DNA of 56,849 bases, filler included, from Sphacelaria rigidula (Eukaryota): NCBI GenBank assembly GCA_964200075.2. It is 7 parts of 7 records of this genome, joined end to end, with 100 filler letters (N's around TTAATTAATTAA, not from the genome) between each part and the next. Parts side by side here need not be neighbours in the genome. Positions count along the whole stretch, not along the records: positions 48,815 to 56,849 come from CAXNAA020012554.1; 6 more parts are not named here. One strand, written 5' to 3'. Of the stretch, positions 49,141-56,849 are shown piece by piece. Positions within the stretch are counted from its first letter, which is position 1. Each line of letters opens with the position of its first letter. The translations under genes were made by a program, and so were the position numbers. The notes beneath the pieces are model-generated. The model was not told where the DNA came from and searched no databases. It saw nothing but the letters and a program-made list of their open reading frames with translations.

Positions 49141-50964
49141 TCTGGTAGTATAACGCTGCGGTGTAGAACCACCCCGCCCACCACGAGAGATATGTCGTAC
49201 ATCCAACACATATCCCATCCATTGATCAGATATTCAAATTCTAGCCATGATTCGAAAAAGAATGCGCTTTCGCCAGTCACTGAGTTGGTTTCAGTTTCAC
49301 TACGTGGGGGGGGATGTCAACAGACTTCATACCACGCTGAGTGGTGGCTCATGCTAACTTAAATTATAGCTTTGTTTGCCAACCTTTGCGAATAAAAGTA
49401 CCAGGATACTGTACCAGCATCATTTTCGGTGTTCTGCTCGATTTCATCAGTACAACACGTACGTTGGAGTTTCTCAAAGCCAATCCGTCAATGCGTCGGC
49501 ATGTACTCGTACGGGCAACATCGTGTACTGTACTGTACTGCTGCCATGTACTGTACTGCTGCCGCGGCGGCGGAGTCGCCAGGCGACGGTGCAGGATCGA
49601 GCCGAAACGACTTCTCTCGCCTCGTGAGCAGGAAGAGGAAGAGGAAGAGAGAGAATCAGCCGGAGACAGAATGAAATATGAATACTCGGTACTGTATGCC
49701 TTTTGTTCCTTTTGTTCCGCCTTTCTTCGAAATCGAGCTTGTTTTTGCTCGCTTATGAGGGCGTTTCACGCGTACAATCGTCTAGCCATCGATGCTGCCA
49801 TGAACTGTAAAAAAAATACTATGAAAATGTAGGCTTTGTTCAGTGTTTGTGCCGTTTGCTGATATTGAAATACCCAAGTTATTCTCAAGGCTAAGGCGGG
49901 TGAGAAACGACAAATGCTCCTGGTCTGCCGCTCGGGGCACGCTGCTGCCGCTGAGGGCAGCAGCTGTCAGCAGTCAGCATCACAACAAGTGAGATCATGA
50001 CAAAATATCATGTAAACAAGCATTTAAAAATGACCCCGGGTGCCACCGATGATGAATGTCGACACATGCGATGTCGTATGTACCGACTTTGACCAGTGAG
50101 CTAGCTGCTCGATGTCTTGGCCCCAACACGGCCTCAGTTTCCGGATGGCCAGGAAGTCTTTCTTACTAGCACGAAACAACTACGTTGGACAAATCGAATT
50201 TCGAATAGCACCCTGAGATTGATTTCTACGATACCACCCGGCCGCTAACAACTAGGGGAAAACATCATGTTTCTATAGTGATTTTCAAAAGGTTTTATTT
50301 TGTGAATCATATCAACTTGTGGGATAACGAAGGTATCAACCACAATCGACACATGTGCAGATGTGACACAGATCTGCAGTGCAACCCTTCATCGCCAGAG
50401 AGGGCTCCTTCTCAAAACCAAACGAACTCAGTCTTCAGCCGTATCTACTGCTCGGCTGAGTACCACATCCTTGTTGTAGGCCCCACCTGTCCAAATGTAA
50501 TGAGACACGATCAGGTGTGACAGACGCACGCCAAATGTAACACGCACAAACGGTCAAATGACATTTTAAGATTGCGATCGGGTATCGCTACTAGGGGACT
50601 AGGGTTGTACACCGACAATTCATCAAGGTTTGATTGATTAAAAGTTTATTTTATTATGAAACGTTATGTTGATTGGTTGATTATAATCAACTAAGTTGAT
50701 TGTCTGGTGGTGATAAAAAATCATGATTATAATAGTTCATCAATTTCGGAAATAAAAGAGGCGTTTGCGCCATGTAACGCCATTTTTTTGCCTGCGGCGC
50801 GCGCGACCAAAGAATGGATCTACTCAACACTCAAGACGATGATACACGGCTAGACTAGATACACACAACTTTGTCCAACATAGCAGTAGCAGCACACAAC
50901 AGACCGCACGCCACACAGCACAGCAGTACAGCAGTACGCTGAGGGTTACGCAGAACTCGACACC

Positions 50965-51790
50965 ATGAGTGTTGCGGTCAGTCGTGGTGCACGTGCTGCC
51001 CCCGCCGCCGGCAATGTCGCACCGGAGTGTTCTCCCTCACTAGACAGCAGTCAAGCTGGAAGTACAGGCAGTTCTGCCTTGTCGGTGACACTAACGATAC
51101 ACTCGTCTCCTGACGGAGACGAAGAAGAGAGTCAACATCAACATTCAGAGGACCACGACGACTCTGCACACGAGCTGGAGGATGACGAGAGCGCAGCTGT
51201 TTCACAGTCGTCGTCCTGCCAAGAGTCCCAAGAGTCCATACCGGGCACGTGGAAGTCGTCGGTACAGAAAAAAAATGGATAGTGGATAGTGGACACTGGC
51301 AATTCTATTGCCAAGGCGTGGACGAAGCCCGCAAGACCAAAGCGATGTGAAAAGTACCCAAGTGCAACATGGTGGTCAGCTCCAAGTCTACAAGTCTAAC
51401 GTGAACTTACGGCAGCACATGGAGACACCACAAAAACACGGCCCGTACAGCACAACGAGTTTCGCTCGCGGAAGGCATTGGAGAAAGCGGGGCACACTTT
51501 CAACAGCCCTAGCGCAGGGCTGGATTTGTTTCTGCCCCTGACGACTACGCGAGGCACAGCCGCCTCGTTCTTGGGTTCATCATCGGTGGACACAAGTCTC
51601 TCGCTGTCGTCGACGAGTCCGGGTGTGAGGACCACCGCAAAGGCAATCGTCGCCCGGATCGGGTTGAAAAAAATGTTGAAGGATCAACAACTGAGCTTGA
51701 CTTGCGACGGTTGGACATGAGGCAACAAGATCTCCATGACGGCGTGCATAACTTCTCGTATAGAGCACTAGCACGGTCTTTTAGTCTTTG
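50965..51790 (+). pseudogene. Decayed hAT transposase (BED finger plus start of catalytic domain)
   Basis: Acidic N-terminus, frameshifted KCNMVVS...SNVNLRQHM...H (BED-like), and LKKMLKDQQLSLTCDGWT* (hAT first catalytic Asp motif SLTxDxWT). Possible TAGGG left end at ~50600. Confidence 0.7.
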
Positions 51791-54700
51791 AAATATCACC
51801 TACTGCGGTTCACTTTTTATTTTGGGAGTCTTCAGATACCGCTTGCAGGGCACCTGACGGAAAAGGAAACATTATATTTTGGCGTGCATGCCTATATTGA
51901 AAGATGCGGGTGGTGTTTTATCTCTGACTATTTTTTATGGGTAGTGGACAGGACGGTACCTCAGCTGTTCATCCATCGCACCCGCAAGGTGACGTACTGT
52001 ATTAATAGTATATCGTCATGTCCAATGGTGAGGGATATTGCAGCACCACTCAAGTGAACAAGTGGACTGGTGCATCATGTGTCGAGTAAACGTCTGACTA
52101 TTCCCTTGTACGTTGCTGCGTGCACGGTTCTGGTGGGCTGCATCATCAACAGTTTCAGAAAAACAACCATACCTATCTTGCCAAGAGTACGTCATTCGTG
52201 AATCGTCATTTTTCCATGAACGGTTCCCAAAGCGTTTATAACGTCCTCTTTACCGACCGGATCCCTACCGGTAGTTTGACGCTATGTGGACAGGATGGAC
52301 GGGATTCATACGGGGGTCCGTTTTTTTTTTTAATGGTGGACACGGTCTACATAAAGAAGGGCCCTTGCTACGTACTCAACGCGCGTCAGATTTCTGCACT
52401 GTAATAGCTACGACGAGTGGCACATTGCAGCAACACAGTAGCAGTGATAGTCAGCTGCGCATGTGGCGATGCATGTACGGAGCTGTCAGCCCACAGAGCA
52501 GAGCGTTGAATAAGGAAAACAATAGGGCACCCCTATCCCTCTGCCACGGAAAACGCTTAATAGCGAAAATGATTGGTTTTGCGTCACTTTTGCTAATCGC
52601 CCTTGTCCACGTAGCGTTCACCTTCGTTTTCATAAAACATCCTCCGCAACCTTGCAGAAGAGTTAGCGGATACACTTAGAAACAGAAACCATATGCGTTC
52701 GAACGGTCAGGCATTTCAGCGCTAGAAGATGGAGATCATAGCGTGATAGTCATCTTGAGTGAAAATGATGACACTTCAACAGATACCAGATGGACCTCTC
52801 CGGCTGGCCAAGGGTTACATCTTTGTGACCCACCTCTCATCATAGGAAGCTCGAAAGAGGAGGTGTGCGCCTTTTCCAAAACATTTTGCGATAGCAACAC
52901 CAAAAACGAGTCAAGAAGGTGAACCCTGCGTATAGCAAAAACTACTGAGTCGGCTTCCGCGCGTAAGTGCGTGCTTGGCGGTTTGGGAAAAATCCACAGC
53001 AAAGAATGCCCTCCGTGCCGAAATATTCTCATATCGCTCGTCATTTATCGTACGACGCTCGTCGTACTCGGCAACTTCCATTTTGGGTAATACGGAGAAT
53101 TACGGAGGACTCAGCATATCTTTCGAAAGCGCTGGAGCGCATGCATCGCTTCAGTGACAAATCACGGAGGGTAAGGTGCGAAAGCACGTTTTGCGACGAG
53201 TCTAGATGCAAGAATTTCGATGTTGTGTCCGCATCACCCCCCGAAAACACCCTGCGTTACCACAGATTTCTTCACAGAACTTCGTGAACGCAGTATTTTG
53301 ATCAAATTAATGTTATTAGGACCTCTGTATGACCCGACCCGCTTACAAATAACCCCGGGCTAGTCAACCCGGACCCTCTTCCCGGGCCTGTCACCCTGGG
53401 ACTGTCATCACCCGATCTCCAGTCTGGGATTGTCATTCTCCCGTCTCGGGATGCTTCCCCGTGGACGCATCCCCTACTCTGTTACTCTGAGTTTAAGCCC
53501 AAACCCTGACTTGCAAAGTCCCTCCTGTTCAAGTCCACGTCGCAGCTCCGCACACTCCGTGCCCTTTCACCGAGTGAGAAGCTACAACCTACACACACGC
53601 ACCGTCCGGGTAGGATAAGTCACACTCACTGTCCGACTGTGTCTTATATTAGATACAATATGTGTCTTGTATTAGACACAATATATATCGAAAGCTCTGC
53701 TCACGTTATCGTTATTAATCTTACCCCCTACTTGTGTCCCACGGCTACCGCCTTGCATGAGACACAACATTAAAGCGACGACCAAATGGCGGCTACTTTC
53801 CATGAGATCTTGCGCACTTGACATTGACTTGGCCAATCCACGATGTTCGAGCTGCTTCGTGCTTTCGACCTAAAATTGTGTCATCAGCAAATGCCTTCCG
53901 CAATACCCACCCATATAGCTGCATACATGATATCAAACTGGTCACCATGGACAACTGAAGAGAGTGACATGGTCGGACTCTTGTTCAAGACAAAAGTGGT
54001 AGCGCTAAGGATGAAAATGTACCTCGACCAATTAGCGGCCCTGGAATTATTCCGAAACTAAATATACGAATTTCAAACACAATGTCCACCAATCTTCACA
54101 TGCCTCAAATCGTAGTAATCCTCAACTCGGAGATCGAGCCACAAAAAAATAAACGGATTCTATGGTATTCCGGTGATATGGGGCTTCAGCGTCGTCGGAT
54201 TTCCGCTGATGATATGTCATGGAAAAGCTCCGACCGCCCTAAAACTTGGCAATTCGGTAGGTATCGATGCTCCACATGGAAAAATGTATTGATGAAAATA
54301 TCTCGAAGTCTCTCTGCATTTTACCGGCTTCCGGCAGTTTCGACGTGGAGACCCCCGGAAGCCGGCACAGAATGCGTCGAAATAAATTGCAAAAAAACTT
54401 GCGCGTTCCGGGTTTGTTCAAGGAACATCCGGAAAAAGTTTCGCTGCATAACGCGAAAAAATGATACAATGAGGTCGTTCTAGAGTTAAACGTGTCCGCA
54501 AAGGTTGTTTCCGTACTAAAACCAAGTAGTTAGGAGTTTATAGCCGTCAAGCTTACTTCATCGAACAAAAGCTTACATGTTTCATGTTCATGCCGATTCT
54601 TGGAGTTTTATACTCTCAAAATTTGCAAACATTTACCATGGATCATTACGAAACTTTCAAGGGATGGTGTTTGAAAAAAGGAGGTCGGTTATCGGGGGTT

Positions 54701-56763
54701 CCAAAGGGGCATGTGACTTCTCAGGACCCTGGGACCCCGATGAGCGGAGAAAATATTCATGGAATGATGAAAATCGCTCCTTGAAAGTTTTGTGATGAGA
54801 GTATATGTGTGCAATTTTTCAATCTAATTCAAACATTCGGCTTGAACATTTGCGGATGAAAAACAAGTTGGGTCAAAAGCGTGAATCCGCCTGCACAGTG
54901 CGACAGCTCAAAGTTAACCCTTAGACAGCGAGCGTCGCCTCGTAACAGTTTCTCAGGCTGATAGTCCGGAGACATTCGGTGGTTTCCAGGAGGGGGGGCG
55001 ATGGTTTGTGAGGGGGGAGAGGGGTGTCTGTCCGCAGAGCAGCCGGAAAGCTCCCGAAGTCAACCGTGTGTGTTTGGAAGTTTCCCGCGGAAGATTCTGA
55101 GCCAGGAACGAGACCAGAGAGGCGCGGAGTGACCCTTCTAACCAATCAAGGCTGTCAAAATGGCCACTTTCTTCCCCTACAGGTGGACTACAGGTGGATT
55201 ACTGGGCTGTTCAGCCTTATTTCTTATTTTGGTCATGGCAATTCAACGACAGACTACGTGGGCACTAATGACGTGCTTCTTCCCCTACTCGTGTCTATGC
55301 CGCCTGCCTCACCCATCATGTGTTGCCAGCATAGCTTCACACTGTAGTGTTGTTGTGGAACACTGAGCAGTGACATCAGCAATAGGCAATAGATTTTGCT
55401 TAGTGGATAACTGGGTATCTGATGCCCACGCTTTCCGTAGTCACAGGCTACTAGAAAGTTACAAGGAAATGAAAAAAGAGGCCCCAGAACACGCTAACCC
55501 AACAAGTTCTGGTCCCGCAGGCGACTATTCGGACTGGTGACTACTGAAGGCAGAGCGCAAAAATACCTTCCCCACTCGACACGCGAAGCCAGACAGAAAC
55601 AGACCAAAATGTCAGGGACCCAAGATCACCAATCATAGCGATAAGAATCGCATGGTGCTATTCTTGGACCTCTAGAGGGCGTACAAGCGTAAATCTAGTT
55701 CGAAACGATGATAACAGCAGCGTGAGTGTCTTGGCTTTTGTGCACAAAGATGACAAGAAGCTGTTTATTTTCCAGGCCCTCTCGCATATGCGAGTTCTTA
55801 CCCTTACATTTTGATGTATATCACATATCGTCTTTGAGAGTTCATAAAATATAAGATAACGTGCATGATCACGAGAAAGCGGAGGGAAGCATCAACAATA
55901 GACTCAAAGACATACAATCGGAGCGTTATATTCACGTCTAAACGGTGATTTTCCGCCTGTCCCCAGGTTGAGGACACCCAATCCCCGACAAAGCAGATCT
56001 CGATGACCACGACGAGGGATCCCGCGCGGTTCGTTGCATGTTGCTGTCCGTGAGCTGATGTTTGGCGTGTAAAATAAGCACTTTTGATAATCATCACCAT
56101 TAAAAAAACACCGGTAAAAAACATCACTTTGCTCATCATAGTGAACTAACTGTTGGTATGTACGTCACCGTTGCATGATGGAGGTAACAAAAGTTTACCT
56201 CACATACCAAAGACTATGGCTCTTCCTTTGGCATAAGAGAGATCATCGCTCAAGTGTCCAGCTGGATATATGATTTTGAGCCCCCTGTACTGTCATCAAA
56301 TGAATAACTTCTTGACGGCATAACCTTCAACAACAACTAGGGAGCGACTTGTTTCGGGGTGTTGATCCGTTCGTCTGGTCGTGGAACCGATTTCAACAGT
56401 GTACAGTAGCAAGTAGTAGCAAGGGCTCCTAACGCCTGCAGGCCAGGAACCGCACCCTCCACTTTCCCCTCGGGGGCTGTCGAAAATGGACAACTACCGC
56501 ATAAACCTCATTCTTCCCATTTCTCCGCCAACATACTCAGTTAAACAGTGCCTTCATCACCCAGAGATCGGCATGCACGAGCGGATCAAAACCGAGGAGT
56601 TTTGTAATGTCAGTTCTTTCAAAGGTCATGGGGCGGGGCTAGCAACAATAAACCGGTACAAAAGGGGGGGCGAATTGACCCCTCGGTTATGACTTTCGAG
56701 TCGCACGTTGGATTGAAAAATAGTTCATATGTTGCATTTTTCCAACCTCGTGTACCAGCACAC

Positions 56764-56849
56764 GACACTTTCTACGATAGCCCCCCCCCCCAAAACCAGC
56801 TAAAAGTGTCACGGAAAAAATGGCCATACAGCGCCTGATGTTCTGGTTC
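56764..56849. mobile_element. End of GACAC-TIR MITE, cut by window end
   Basis: GACACTTTCTACGATAGCCCCC...ATGGCCATACAGCGCCTGATGTT is the reverse complement of 13994-14068. Confidence 0.85.

Overview
Eukaryotic nuclear DNA, most likely from a brown alga (Phaeophyceae). That assignment is inferred from the long GT-AG introns, short exons, CA/TG-rich introns and a stramenopile-type bipartite plastid leader. The window is not one locus. It is seven unrelated ~8,035-8,036 bp contigs (1-8036, 8137-16172, 16273-24308, 24409-32444, 32545-40579, 40680-48714, 48815-56849) joined by artificial 100-nt N/TTAATTAATTAA/N linkers, so neighbourhoods across linkers mean nothing. Spliced gene fragments I could reconstruct: a GT14 glycosyltransferase 3' end, exon 1 of a Tctex1 dynein light chain (absent from the ORF track), a tandem CS-domain (NudC/p23-like) protein, methionyl-tRNA formyltransferase, four in-phase exons of tripeptidyl peptidase II, and an orphan with a GPI-signal-like C-terminus. 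The rest is rich in mobile elements: PIF/Harbinger-type MITEs chained through shared TTA sites on two contigs, a MITE with a 4-bp TSD, GAG-ended elements, three tRNA-derived SINE families, and copia, hAT and probable gypsy relics. I found no CRISPR array, rRNA, intact tRNA or prokaryotic system. The most unusual signal is the TTA-linked MITE chains.
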